From positions 18,733,166-18,797,165 of the forward strand of contig NC_068985.1 in the NCBI RefSeq assembly GCF_001194135.2: DNA of 64,000 nucleotides, in the 5' to 3' direction. This stretch comes from Octopus bimaculoides (Eukaryota). Of the stretch, positions 26,961 to 41,254 are shown piece after piece. The notes under the pieces were generated by a model. The model did not search any database and was not told where the DNA came from. It saw only the letters and a list, made by a program, of their open reading frames with translations. The position numbers and the translations under genes were made by a program. How positions within the stretch are numbered: the first letter of the stretch is position 1; every line of letters starts with the position of its first letter.

Positions 26961-27084
26961 AACCACTGTCAGATGAAAATGCATCAGATTTCATTCAAAT
27001 CATCATTAATTCTGGGACACCCTGTATTTACTTGTCTGAATAAAAGGGGCAGGGAGCACAAGGGTGGGGGAGACTAATTGCAGG

Positions 27085-27846
27085 TGGCAAGCATAGCTTC
27101 CGGAAGTGGTCATGTGGTCAAACTCAAATGGCTGTGAGTCACCACAGCAGTTTGTTTTTTGTATGAATATTTTGCATTATGAAGCTCAGACATGGATGAC
27201 ATAGAAAGCAGACATGCTGCCAGGCCATGCTGCGTTGTGCAGGATTGGAAACATGACACATCAACAGGGCACTTCTGGAGAATGGATGAATGGGTTTGTT
27301 GTGCTTTTACCTAGCCACAAACACACGCACATGGCCTGGTGGTGCATGGGATGATGGTAACATGAAGCATCAACAATGCGCTGACAAAAATTTTCATGTT
27401 CTTCTCATTTCCTCTGCCAAATTGGACAAAAGAGTTTCAATGAAATATTATACACTACTTATAATGCATAAGTAGTGTCAATATTTTATCATTGGAAAAT
27501 GGCCTAAAACAAAAATAAAGCCCAGTGTAGTATACTCAAATAGCTGGTGTTGGAAATTCTTTTTAGTCAACAGCAATTTGAGGAGCCTGATTAATGTTTG
27601 TTGAAAATTTGGAGGAAAGTGACTGGATACTCTTCAAGTTACGGGCCTTAACGCTGCGAAAATGCTTTAAAAATGTGGTTTATCTGCCCCTGGGCCTGCA
27701 TTAGGCAAGAAGTTGAAAACTTTTTTGGCCCATGACATTCCATGGATCCTATGTAATGGATGTGTAAAATTTCATTAAAATTGGTTGGATGGGTCTCGAG
27801 TTTTAATGACATGACAAACATACAAACAGACACACATCCTGTGTTT

Positions 27847-27850
<4 letters not shown>
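27085..27850 (-). mobile_element. Non-autonomous Helitron-like element (copy 1)
   Basis: Begins (TA)n-AAAACACAGGATGTGTGTCTG with a ccaaccaattttaatgaaa motif, like recalled non-autonomous Helitron 5' ends; a second, inverted copy lies at 41255. No clear CTRR 3' end, so the family call is an inference. Confidence 0.45.
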
Positions 27851-27881
<31 letters not shown>

Positions 27882-29439
27882 AATGTTATATATATATATA
27901 TATATAACATTTATTTTTATACACAATAGGCATATATACACTTTTCATCAACAATTCTTGCATTTACTTCGTATTAGATGGCCTGAGGCCATAAAAGACA
28001 TTTGCCAAAGCTAAGCTATCTGAATATATCCAATAATATGAAAGAGAGGAGCCCCTTCTGGATTGCCAAGGAGGTGGAGACTCTGTAGCAGTATACAGAG
28101 TGAAGAAACCATATAAGTTAGTAGTAACTCTGAATAAAACCAGATAAGATGAGATTAAAGGTATTTAAATATTTAAATTCTTCACAAGCTTATTTCCACT
28201 AATGACAGCTACAGGCAAGATTGAAAGCCAAATCAGTCATTTCTTTTCACTTAGCAGGAGAAATTTAATATACTACTTTTACCAAATTAATTAGTAATGA
28301 ACGATTCAGCAATAAGCTGATTAAAAGATTTTACAATTGCATGTTTATTATATACATACCAATAAACAGACACACACACCAGATGGAGTAAGGATGAATG
28401 ATGGTGAGAGATGACAAATAACTGAGAAAAGGAGCCAAGGAATACAGAATGGCGGGGGCAGTGAATATAAGCATGGTAGAATATTTGTGTGTGTGTGTGT
28501 GTCATCATCGTCATCGTTTAACGTCTGTTTTCCATGCTAGCATGGGCTGGATGATTTGACTGAGGACTGGCAAGCTAGGAGGCTGCACCAGGTTCCAGTC
28601 TGATCTGGCAAGGTTTCTACGGCTGGATGCCCTTCCTAATACCAACCACTCCCAGAGTGTAGAGGGTGCTTTTCACGTGTGACTGGCACTGGCATCAACC
28701 ACATTCGAATGGTGCTTTTTACATGTCATTGGCATAGGAGCCAGTCAGGCGGCGCTGGCAACGACCATGCTCGAATGGTACTTCACTGTGTGTTAAGAAG
28801 CCTACTTCCCAACCACATGATTTTGGGTTCAGTCCCACTGCATACTACCTTGGGTAAGTCTTTTCTACCTTGGGCAAGTCAGGCCAACCAAAGCCTTATG
28901 AGTGGATTTGGTAGATAGAAACTGAAAGAAGCCTGTCATATATATATATATATGTCTCTGTGCCAGTGTTTGTCACCCCACCACTGCTTGACAGCTGCTG
29001 TTGGTGTGACAAGGAAATGACAAGGGACCAGATGTGACAATTTCCTGTAGTTGATAAGACATCAACCAAAGTTAAATTGCTGTTTTCCACACATACAGAC
29101 TTGTCCTTTCATGGGCCAGTGCCACTTAAAAATCATGCCAGTGCTGTGTTAACAAACTCAGGTTGGTGCTGTGTAAACATACCCATGCCAGTGACACGTG
29201 AAAAGCACCCAGCACACTCTGCTAAGTGGTTGGCATTAGGAAGGGCATCCAGCTATAGAAACCATGTCACAACAGACGGTTGGAGTCTGGACAGCTCCCA
29301 GCTAGCCAGCTCCATGTCAAACCATCCAACTTATGCCAGCATGGAGAGTGGATGTCACACAATGATAATGATGATGTGTGTGTGTGTGTGTCTGTGTAAG
29401 TACACACATCTATGTATGTATGTGTGTCTCTCTTTCTGT

Positions 29440-29636
29440 CTTTTACTTGTTTCAGTCATTTGACTGCAGCCATGCTGGAGCACCACCTTTAGTCGAGCAA
29501 ACCGAACCCAAGATTTATTCTTTAGAAGCCTAGTACTTATTCTATCGGTCTCTTTTGTTGAACTGCTAAGTCACGGGGACGTAAACACACCAGCATCAGC
29601 CGTCAAGCGATGTTGGGGGGAAAAACACACACACAC

Positions 29637-29700
<64 letters not shown>

Positions 29701-29862
29701 GATGGGCTTCTTTCAGTTTCCATCTACCAAATCCACTCACAAGGCTTTGGTCGGCCTGAGGCTATAGTAGAAGACACTTGCCCAAGGTGCCACGCAGTGG
29801 GAATGAACCCGGAACCATGTGGTTGGTAAGCAAGCTACTTACCACACAGCCACTCCTGCACC
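29440..29862 (-). mobile_element. SINE family B copy, full length
   Basis: Head ggtgcaggagtggctgtgtggtaag...gttccgggttcattcccac, internal microsatellite and 3' body. Confidence 0.8.
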
Positions 29863-30129
29863 TATGTGTGTATGTATGATAATCACTCCTGTTGATTTCA
29901 ACATGAGTGTTTGAAGGAGAGGATTTAAAGGAAAAAAGTGAGACAAAGACAAAACAACTTTAAAAATAAAAAAATAAAAAGAAGCTGCATCTATTTGCAG
30001 TGGATGCATGAATGTAAATTTGAGTCCAGGTATGGATTTTGCTATGAAGTCACACTGGGGATACTAATGATTTAGATTTTGCCAGGGCAAATGTGTATGT
30101 TGATTGCAGGATATAATTCTTTTAATGTT

Positions 30130-30580
30130 GTTTCTTCAATTCAAAACTGTTTGGATGCATCATGACACATTTTCGTCATGCAGATCAATCTAAGCAATGA
30201 CTTTCCCAAGACATCAAATTGAGCTGAAGAGACTTTAGTGATTGCTTCAACTTATATTTGTATCTAAGGATGGATCTTCCCAATCTGTGGTGTCCTAGCC
30301 ATTAGCACTGAATTCTCAGCAGCATGCTTTGGATACTGGAGATATTACATTTTTCTAAGATTTTGACATTTGATATCTTGCCATTTTATGTTGCAGATAT
30401 TGTGCAGACAGCACATGTGAAAGCTTTCAAGTTTCTTTATATGTCTGTAGTGAGGAGTCCATGCTTCTGCTCTGAAGAAGAGTTTGCTCAAAATACAAGA
30501 TTTGTATACACCTATTTTAGTTTTCACACTAACAAAGAATAAGTCCTATTTTTGTATCGTGTAATGTCACACATAAATTT
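30130..30580 (-). mobile_element. RTE (BovB-like) LINE 3' relic
   Basis: TKIGVYKSCILSKLFFRAEAWTPHYRHIKKLESFHMCCLHNICNIKWQD, then a WLGH motif. Confidence 0.75.
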
Positions 30581-33180
30581 CTTGAGACTATCTGTTTCTT
30601 CCTCCTTTGTGTCTTCCATCGACTTCTTCCTCTGTCTGACAAAGAACCATTCTTGAAACATCATTTCTACTATTCACTGTGTACATCTGACTGACTTTCG
30701 CTTTTTCCTGTTTTTTCATTCTTAGATTTGCATGTATCATCATCATCATTTAATGTCCGCTTTCCATGCTAGCATGGGTTGGACGATTTGACTGGGGACT
30801 GGCAAACCAGATGGCTACACCAGACTCCAATCTGATCTAGCAGAGTTTCTACAGCTGGATGCCCTTTCTAATGCCAACCACTCTGAGAGTGTAGTGNNNN
30901 NNNNNNNNNNNNNNNNNNNNNNNNNNNNNNNNNNNNNNNNNNNNNNNNNNNNNNNNNNNNNNNNNNNNNNNNNNNNNNNNNNNNNNNNNNNNNNNNNNNN
31001 NNNNNNNNNNNNNNNNNNNNNNNNNNNNNNNNNNNNNNNNNNNNNNNNNNNNNNNNNNNNNNNNNNNNNNNNNNNNNNNNNNNNNNNNNNNNNNNNNNNN
31101 NNNNNNNNNNNNNNNNNNNNNNNNNNNNNNNNNNNNNNNNNNNNNNNNNNNNNNNNNNNNNNNNNNNNNNNNNNNNNNNNNNNNNNNNNNNNNNNNNNNN
31201 NNNNNNNNNNNNNNNNNNNNNNNNNNNNNNNNNNNNNNNNNNNNNNNNNNNNNNNNNNNNNNNNNNNNNNNNNNNNNNNNNNNNNNNNNNNNNNNNNNNN
31301 NNNNNNNNNNNNNNNNNNNNNNNNNNNNNNNNNNNNNNNNNNNNNNNNNNNNNNNNNNNNNNNNNNNNNNNNNNNNNNNNNNNNNNNNNNNNNNNNNNNN
31401 NNNNNNNNNNNNNNNNNNNNNNNNNNNNNNNNNNNNNNNNNNNNNNNNNNNNNNNNNNNNNNNNNNNNNNNNNNNNNNNNNNNNNNNNNNNNNNNNNNNN
31501 NNNNNNNNNNNNNNNNNNNNNNNNNNNNNNNNNNNNNNNNNNNNNNNNNNNNNNNNNNNNNNNNNNNNNNNNNNNNNNNNNNNNNNNNNNNNNNNNNNNN
31601 NNNNNNNNNNNNNNNNNNNNNNNNNNNNNNNNNNNNNNNNNNNNNNNNNNNNNNNNNNNNNNNNNNNNNNNNNNNNNNNNNNNNNNNNNNNNNNNNNNNN
31701 NNNNNNNNNNNNNNNNNNNNNNNNNNNNNNNNNNNNNNNNNNNNNNNNNNNNNNNNNNNNNNNNNNNNNNNNNNNNNNNNNNNNNNNNNNNNNNNNNNNN
31801 NNNNNNNNNNNNNNNNNNNNNNNNNNNNNNNNNNNNNNNNNNNNNNNNNNNNNNNNNNNNNNNNNNNNNNNNTTCTACAGCTGGATGCCCTTCCTAACGC
31901 CAACCACTCAGAGAGTGTAGTGGGTGCTTTTACGTGTCACCCGCACCAAAACGGCCACGCTCGAAATGGTGTCTTTTATGTGCCACCCGCACAAGCCAGT
32001 CCAGGGGCACTGGCAACGATCTCGCTCGAAAATCCTACAGGAGCCAGTCAGGCGGTACTGGCAACGGCCACGCTCAAAATGGTGTCTTTTATGTGCCACC
32101 CGCACAAGCCAGTCCAGGGGCACTGTATGAAATTTGAGGAATGTTAGTTGACCTTATATTCATTTCCCTTGAGAAATAAAAAATATCTAGAAACTTACTA
32201 ACTGTTACAAAGGCAAAATAAATGTATCAATCTCCCCCAAAACATGCTCAGACCCAACCAAATCATACTTCTAAATCTTGGCACAAACTTCCACCTCAGA
32301 AAAAAAAGTTGAACTAGATATGCTTTGCCAGTCACTCATGATTCTCGGTGAAATAAATGGAAGTTGAAAGACTTATTAAAGTGTAACTGTAACAAACACC
32401 TTTACATATAAGGTAAAAAATTTACCTTAACAATAAACTTAAGATAGCTATGCACAAACTGAATAACAACCTACACATTGTAATCCATGAAACTGATAAG
32501 AGCAAACATTTTGAATGTAATCTTAAAAGCAACAAGAAATATGAAAATAAGTCTTCCATTAATGAAAATGTTTGCTCTTGTCAGTTTTATGGATTACAAT
32601 GTGTGGGTTGTTATTCAGTTTGTGCATAGCTATCTTAAGTTTATTGTTAAGGTTCATTTTTTACCTTGTTATGTGTAAAGGTCAAATGGGAGGTCAACTG
32701 TAAATAATGATTTCAAATTATGGCACAAAGCCAGCAATTTGGGGGAAGGGGGATAGTCAATTACATCAGTCCCTGTAATCAACTGATACTTATTTTATCG
32801 ATCCCAAAAGGATGAAAGGCAAAGTTGATCTCAGCAGAACTTAAACTCAGAACATGAAGTGTGTTGAAATGCTGCTAAGCATTCTCCCAGCACAGTAATG
32901 ATTCTGCCAGCTCAACACCTTATAGACAGCTATAAATAATGACTCATAATATACAGAGTTAAGCAAAGCCTTGAGCAGAAAAAAGGTTGAAGGCCAGCTA
33001 TAGCACTAGAACTACAGTTACTGTAACCTGAATGGTTGTGGTATGTAGAGAGTAACATGTTTATAATTATGGACAAAAATGGTAACATTATAAAAATATA
33101 CAACCTACCACAAGACAGCACCAATTTTTTTTTTAATTACAAAAGACAATGTGGCACGATTAAAAAAATTCATTAAATTG

Positions 33181-33572
33181 GGGTAAGCATGACTGCATTT
33201 AAGAAGCTTGCATTGCAACCACATGGTTTTAGGTTCAGTACCCCTGCACAGCACCTTGAAAAGCAAGTGTCTTCTATTATAGCCCTGAGCCAACCAATAC
33301 TTTATGAGTGAATTTGGTAGAAAGAAACTATGTAGAAGCCTAACATGTATATATGTATGTATGCATGTCTGTGTGTTTGTCCCATCACCATCACTGACAA
33401 CCAGTGTTGGTTTGTTCATTGTCCCTGTAACTTAGTGATTTGACAGAAGGGTCTGATAGAATAAGTAACAGACTTTAAAAATAAGTACTAGAGTTTATTT
33501 GTTCGACTAAGCCCTTCAAAGCAGCAGTACCCCAGCATGGCTGCAGTCCAATGACAGAAACAAGTAAAAGAT
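33181..33572 (+). mobile_element. SINE family B copy (old)
   Basis: CpG-depleted match. Further copies at about 37440, 38600, 39992, 47480, 49520, 50500, 53100, 55487, 56210, 58650 and 59100. Confidence 0.7.
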
Positions 33573-34454
33573 ATATGGTACATTTGTATAGACTAAAAAT
33601 ACAAATAAATGCCTTTGTACGCATACATAGACATAAAAAAGACATAGTCAAGTCCTTTCTTATCTTAGATGAACTTTTAAATATTCATCGCCCAAATATG
33701 TTCTAAATAAGGAAATCCCTATGAGTAAAACAAACTTCAGTTAGCAATAGGTACACCAACAGATAACCAGACCATGTCACAGAACAATACAAAAAGAAAT
33801 TCATTCATACTGATTTGACAAACCCAGCACAAATACTCATATGATGCATAGCATATACTTCAAGAAACACAAAGAATGTACAATTTAGAAGCAAAAAGTC
33901 ATAAAAAGAACACAGCATGTATCACATCTAACTTACTGTTAGAACATTAACAAACACTAGAGTGCAAGAAACCTTTTCAGTAACACAAGCCACAAACCAA
34001 CAAACAATAGAATGTACTTGAAACTTTAAATGTAATTTATAAAATCCAGTGCAAACATAAAAGTAAATTTCATGAATTAATTGGTTATATTGGTCGAACA
34101 TGTGCAACACTTTCCTGTTGTTTGACCATGCATTTGCAACAAAGAGCCACTGTACACACTGCAATACAGTAGATGAAACAAAAATCAATAGAAAATCAGT
34201 AATTGACATCACAATAATTCTATATTAGAAGAGTGTCAGTGGAGGCTTTGCTAAAAGAAAAATATAAACCAAGAATCAACACATGCGCAAAATTAACTAT
34301 GAAAACTACAAGACTTAACTGCTGAATCATTTTTTAATCCAGTATTGAGTGAGAAAAAAATCATCAACACTCCCATGATCTTCCATGAGCCAAAGCAAAG
34401 CACAAAAAACACATTATTCAATATCCACTTCATTTTGAGGATGGAACTGATATA

Positions 34455-35731
34455 CAGGAGTTGGAAAAATAATGGAAACACCTAGCATCATAGCATCACA
34501 ATTTTGAAATATCTATAAAACTGTCGAAAGCTTGTTTATTTTTATGTTTTTTGATTTATTATTAGTGTTGCTTAATATGTTTTGCTAAAATTGCTGTTTC
34601 TTTTCAGATATCATCAGAAAAAGGTAATTAAAATTCATTAAAATGACAGATTTATCGGACTTTCAAAGAGGTCAAATTGTTGTTGCTCATATGGCAGGTA
34701 CTAGCATAACAAAAACAGCCGAAATGTTTGGTGTATCAAGAAGTACTGTCTTGAAAGTAATGACAGCCTTTGAGAAAGAGGGAAAAACATCCTTGTTGAA
34801 ACAAAATTCTGGAAGAAACCCAAAACTTTCAGATAGGGACCATCGGACTCATATGCGAATTGTTAGAAAGAATCACAAAAGTACAGCTCCCAAAATTACT
34901 GCAGAGCTTAATGACCACCTCAAGAACCCAGTTTCCACAAAAAATGTTTGCCAGGAGCTGCACAAAGTCAGATTTCATGGGAGGGTTGCAATCAGAAAAC
35001 CACTACTTTCAAAAACAAACGTTGCAAAGTGTTTAGAGTGGAGTAAAAATCTACAAAATTTGTCCCTAGAGCAGTGGAAGAATGTTATTTTCTCGGACGA
35101 GTCATCCTTTACCTTATTTCTGACCACCGGCCGAGTATACGTGTGGAGACAGCCAAAAGAAACATTTGACCCAGACTACCTTCTTCCAACTGTTAAACAT
35201 AAAGAAGAATCTGTGATAATCTGGCAGGGTGGGGCTATATCTTGGAAATCCGTCAGCCCAATGGTTTCCCTTCATGGCAAAATTAATAGTCAAGACTATT
35301 TAAGCATTTTATCTGATCAAATTCATCCTATGGTTGCGGAACTGTTTCTGGAGGGAAACACAATCTTTCAGGATGATAATGCATCAATTCACACAGCTAA
35401 AGTTGTTACTAAATGGCACAAAGAACATTCTAGTGAAGTTGAACATCTCATCTGGCCACTAGAGTCCCCAGATCTCAATATTATTGAACATTTATGGTGC
35501 ATTAAAAAAAATAAGTAAGGAGTCGATATCCTTCATCATCATCACTACAAGAACTGGAGACTGTTTGAGCTGAAGAATGGACAAAAATTCCTTTGGAAAC
35601 AATTCAAACTTTGTACAAGTCCATAACTTGTAGAATTCAAGCTGTAATTACTGTTAAAGGTGGTCCTACCCCATATTAAAATAAATTTGTTTGAAATTTT
35701 AAGGTGTTTCCATTATTTTGTCCAACCCCTG
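34455..35731 (+). mobile_element. Tc1/mariner transposon, DD36E (Incomer-type), near full length
   Basis: TA-flanked ~29-30 bp TIRs (CAGGAGTTGGAAAAATAATGGAAACACCT vs CAGGGGTTGGACAAAATAATGGAAACACCT), 1277 bp. Transposase starts at 34643 with HTH, FSDES, QDDNA and SPDLNIIEHLW motifs; 36 residues between the second D and E. Confidence 0.95.
34643..35679 (+). pseudogene. DD36E transposase with a frameshift near 35500 and a downstream nonsense codon
   Basis: The 291-aa ORF ends in an A-run. The C-terminal remainder (VRSRYP...EEWTKIPLETIQTLY...IQAVITVKGGPTPY*) continues in another frame to 35679 and contains a TGA. Confidence 0.9.
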
Positions 35732-36020
35732 TAGCTTTGAAATGTTAACAGATTAATGGATTTTGGAACACTAATGTCCCAAACTAAACACGAAGAACTA
35801 ATGAGGAAATATATACAAAATTCTAAATAAAAAAAAGATCAAACATGAACATAGTTGTCTCTTTAATATTAATATGTACATATACATACACCACTCCCTA
35901 AAGACACACACACATACATACATACATACATACATACATATCAAAAACATAAATTATCATCATTCTACATTCATTTTTCCATGCTGGCATGGTTTGGACA
36001 ATTTGTCACAGCTCACATTA

Positions 36021-36064
<44 letters not shown>

Positions 36065-36941
36065 ACACACACACACAGAAAACTAGATAACTTTGTTGTT
36101 GTATATCTCTTAAAGTGTGAGATAGTTGCTTTATTCTAAGTGGCGCCAGATAAGTTGTCAGCAGCAAGACTGTAGACTTCCCTCTTACTCTGCGTCTGTT
36201 CTTATTCAGGTTACAGCCCTCCAAGAGGGCAGCCTAGGACACCCACAGTAACAGCTTGCAGAATCCACATCTGCTCATACATTCTATTTTGGTATGTTTT
36301 CTATTGCTGGATGACCTTCCTATTACACTTGGGGAAGGGAAGTAATTTATGTAAAATAATGTTCTATTATAATAACACTACACATCATTGAAATGTTGTA
36401 ATTACTACCTGCTACTGCTATTTAGAATACACTTGTAAGCTATTATATCTGCATTCTTCTAGTAGATGTCAGTGAAACTTTTAGTAAATTAAAGTCTCAT
36501 TTAACTGAACTTTCATCTTGTGCTATTCACACTTCATGTCCATAAAATTTGACTGGATCCAAACCCAGAATATTTATTTCTAAACTAAATGTACAATCAA
36601 TGTTTCACTTTGCCATTATTTAAATCTATTTTTCAGTAAATGGAGCTGATCTCAATGATAGTCCTACATTTGTATAACCTCCAAAAATTACATAAACATT
36701 GGGGTCGCAATCCTAAATGTAAAGACACAACATTCCAAACACTGTAATGTTTCCTAGTTAACAATTTCTACTCCTGAGGAGTAGAACTTCTTCATATAGG
36801 AAACACTTAACATACCTTATGGAAACAATTCCAGACAATACAATTCATGTCACACCAAATGATCAGCATTGATATGCTGGGCTGGTGAGTCTATTTCTAA
36901 TAATTCTAACAGATGAAATATTGTTAGTCATAAGAAACAAG

Positions 36942-37115
36942 GCGGCAAGCTAAAAGAAACGTTAGCAAACTGGGCGAAATACTTAGCGGTATTACGTCTA
37001 TATTTATGTTCTGAGTTCAAATTCCGCCGAGGTCGACTTTGCCTTTCATCCTTTCAGGGTCGATTAAATAAGTACCAGTTAATCCATTTGTCTGTCCTTG
37101 TTTGTCCCCTCTTTG
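36942..37115 (+). mobile_element. SINE family A copy
   Basis: Same head and core as 5221-5462. Confidence 0.75.
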
Positions 37116-40100
37116 TGTATATCCCCATAACTTAGTAGTTCAGCAAAAGATCAACAGAATAAGCACAAGACTTTAAAAAAAGATTAAAAATGCTGGGTTG
37201 ATTCATTCAACTGGAAACCTTTTATGGTGGTGCCCCAACACAGACACAGTCCAATGACTGAAACAAGTAAAAATTAAAAGATATACATATAGAAAGAGAG
37301 AGTATTGAAAACCAAATCAGCAAACCTAGCATTGACAATAAGGGCTCAAATAAAGAGAAGTTCTGCTCATTAGAGGGGAAAGTGTTAACTAGTAAACAAC
37401 TCAATGGATACCATGCCATGTTTCTACATCTGAAAACTGGAGCAAGCATGGCTGTGTGGTTAAAAAGCTTGCTTTGTAACCATATGCTTTTGGGTTCAGT
37501 CCCACAGCATAGTACATTGAGCAAGTGTCTTCTCTTATATGTATTTGGTAGACAGAAATTGTGTGGAAGCCTATCATTTGTATATGTGTGCATTTGTGTT
37601 TGTCCTACCACTGCTTGTCAACCAGTGTTGATATGTTTATGTTCCCCATAACTTAACAGTTCAGCAAAAGACAATGATAAAATAAATACCAGACTAAACC
37701 CTTCAAGGCAGTGTCCCAGCATGGCTACCATCCGATGACTGAAACAAGTAATATATAAATGATATATTGGGGAGGCCATACATATGTAGAAACCCCAGTA
37801 TGACACCAGCTCGAAATGGCTGTCTCTATTGAAAAAAAAAAAAGGATTAAGAATTTAAATAACTGAAAACTGAAACATATTTTGTACACCATCAGTGGCC
37901 TAGTGAATGAGTATTATTACCCTCAGTTTAGAAATAAAGGTTCCAAGTTCAAATCCAGTTTGATACTGTGTACACATTCAAGTATATGAGACCTGATGAT
38001 AACTAGAAATCAAAACAATGTAGATATAAATATTGATTTCAAATTTTGGCACAAGGCCAGCAATTTCAAGAGAGAGGGTAAGCTGATTACATTGACTCCA
38101 GTGCTCAACTAATACTTATTTTATTGACCCCGTAATCATGAAAAGTAAAGTTGACTTTCAAAAAATTTGAACTCAGAATATAAAGACAAATGAAATGCTG
38201 CTAAGCATTTTGCCCCGTATGCTAACGATTCTGCCAGCTCGCCACCTTAATGTAGACATAAATATTAAAATATTTTATCACTAAAGACAAAGATAAACAT
38301 AAAAATTATAATCATATTAATTATTGCTTTCCATGAAGATGATGATGATAATCATCATCATCCTCTCAGTTAATAAATAATTAGGTGACCTAATTTTCAG
38401 TCAGGATCCTAAAACAAAAAAAACAACCTACTTTGCTTTCTTCTGACCACAATATGTCAAAAGATTAAAACACTTGAACCTCTATACAGTTGAGTTTATG
38501 AATCACTAAAAGCTTTGTTGCATGAGAAAAACCACAATTATAACATTTATCTTATAAGATGGAAAGAAGTTTTTAAAAAATTAACCAAGACATATCTCCA
38601 TACATGCATGGCTGTGTGGTTAAGAAGCTCACTTTGCAACTACATGGTTTCAGGTTCAGTCTCACTGAATAGCACTTGGGGCAAGTGCCTTCTAGTATAA
38701 GCCATGGGCTGACTGATGCCTAATGAGTGAATTTGGTGGACAGAAACTGAAAGAAGCCTGTCATGTGTATATACATACAGGCTTGTCCTGTATGTATATA
38801 CATGATACATAAAATGTACTCATGCCAGTGCTGTGTAAATGCACAGTGCTGTACCAGTGTCACATAAAGGCACTCAGTATACTGTGTAAAGTGATTGGCA
38901 TTAGGAAGGGCATCCAGCCATAGAAGCCATGCCAAAATCAGACAACGGGAGTCTGGACAGCTCTCCAACTGGCCAAATCTTGTCAAACCATCCAACCCAT
39001 ACCAGTATGGAAAACGGGTGGTGGTGGTGGTGGTGGTGATGGTAATACATACACACATACACATGCATGTGAATGTATCTTGATGTTTGTCTTTCCCACA
39101 GTTTGACAACCCCTGTTTGTTTGTTTATATTCCTGTAATTTAGTGGTTCAACAAAAGAGACCAATAAAACAAGTACCAGACTTAAAACTAAGTACTGGAG
39201 TTGATGTGTTCAGTTAAACACTTCAAAGCTGTGCCCCACCATGACCACAGTCCAGTGAGTGAAACAAATAAAAGGCAAAAGATGTGCTTCCATACATTTT
39301 AAGGAAATTATTCAAAATTAATTGGGTTGTTATATTTAAATTTGGAACCCTAAAAAAAAAAAAGGAACTATTTTAATGGATTCCTTCAGTCAAAACAAAT
39401 TAAGGACCCTACAATGAATATTATATCTATGTTTATCCTCAAATGCCTCAAAAGACAAAGTAGTTGTGAGAGACTATAATATCAAAACATGAAATTAAGA
39501 TTACAGGCACATGAACTAGCATATAGAATCATTACAAATTATGCTTGAATATTACAATAATTATACTAATTTAAGAGTTTACATAATCTAGATAGCTTTG
39601 CTGACATGTCTGTAGTATTATCAAAATATGTAGTAATAATTTTATATTTATTCTGTTCATATCTAAACATACATTCAGGGAGACGAGCATCGGGAGTTAT
39701 TTTAAGTAGAACAACAATGAACTGCAGTTATTTTGTCTCAACTAATAGTTTGAAAAAGTTTTTAGAACATTAATAAATATATAAATAAGTAGACGAAACC
39801 AAAAGATGCTTAAAAGAATGTTACTTGACAGAAGCTGACATATTTATAACTCAGAAAGGCTAATCATTTTGAAACTATTTTGTTTTTCACAATTGCAAGT
39901 CATTTTATAAATTTGATGCCAAAAAAAGAAAGGTTATAAAATGTTACCCCATATAATATTAAAATGATTTTTTTTAAAACATACTCTACTAGGGGCAGGT
40001 GTGGATGTGTAGTATAAAGTTTGATTCCCAACTACATGGTCCCGGGTTCAGTCCCACTGCATGGCACCTTGGGCAAGTGTCTTCTATTACAGCCACGGGC

Positions 40101-40477
40101 CGAGCAAAGCCTTGTGAGTGAATTTGGTAGACAGGAACTTAAAGAAGCCCATCACACCTGTCTTCATCTTTTGTTTTTTTTTGTAAATTCCAACTATATA
40201 TATATATATATATNNNNNNNNNNNNNNNNNNNNNNNNNNNNNNNNNNNNNNNNNNNNNNNNNNNNNNNNNNNNNNNNNNNNNNNNNNNNNNNNNNNNNNN
40301 NNNNNNNNNNNNNNNNNNNNNNNNNNNNNNNNNNNNNNNNNNNNNNNNNNNNNNNNNNNNNNNNNNNNNNNNNNNNNNNNNNNNNNNNNNNNNNNNNNNN
40401 NNNNNNNNNNNNNNNNNNNNNNNNNNNNNNNNNNNNNNNNNNNNNNNNNNNNNNNNNNNNNNNNNNNNNNNNNNNNN

Positions 40478-40521
<44 letters not shown>

Positions 40522-41254
40522 TGTGTTTGTTCCCCCATCATTGCTTGACAACTGATGTTGGTGTGTTTACATCCCCATAACTTAGCGGTTCGGCAAAAAG
40601 AGACCAATAGAATAAGTACTAGGCTTACAAAGAATAAGTCTTGGGGTCAATTTCCTCAACTAAAAAACCCTTTAAGGTGGTGCTCCAACATGGCTACAGT
40701 CAAATGACTGAAACAAATAAAAGAATAAAACTGAAAGTGAAACGTTTTGCCTCAACATCAAATCTCAGTTTGTATTGGTATAGAATAATAGGATGTACAA
40801 AATAAACCTACTGATTAAAATGTTTGAATCCGATTAGTAATATTGGCTTCAAATTTTGGCACAAGGCCAGCAATTTCAGAGGAGGGGGCTAGTTGACCAC
40901 ATTGACTCCAGTACCCAAAATAATTTGTCCACCGCCAAAAGAAAGGCAAAGTCAACTTTGGCAGAATTTGAACTCAGAACAAAATGCTTAGCAGCATTTT
41001 GCCCAGTGTGTTAATGATTCTGCCAACTCACTACCTTAGTCCAATCAATAATATTAAAGCTAGAGACTCCTTTTTGTTTTTATGAAGATTTAAATGTCAA
41101 CTCTAAACTTTAACTGTTGCCATTCCAAGTACAATATAAGTCTGGATCTTTTAATCTTTTGTTACAACTTTAGAAATTTTTCCTATTTTGTTTCTTATTT
41201 TTTTAGGAAACACTAATATACTTAAAATACAAGTTGAAGTCGTGCAAGATTGTT

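Noticed and set aside
31934-32125. Repeated GC-rich units that could be mistaken for a CRISPR-like array (also 54920-55140)
   Set aside because: The sequences between the repeats are themselves repeated, the context is eukaryotic and there are no cas genes; these are tandem duplications in a retroposon UTR.
30815-32147. Long ORFs filled with X (also near 10.1, 11, 18.2, 23.1, 40.1, 50.6, 53.5, 55.1, 57.8 and 59.2 kb)
   Set aside because: Artefacts of N gaps that contain no stop codons.
37993-38020. CUGAUGA-UAACUA-GAAA
   Set aside because: Stem II is only 2 bp with a 2-nt loop, and there is no convincing stem I or III.
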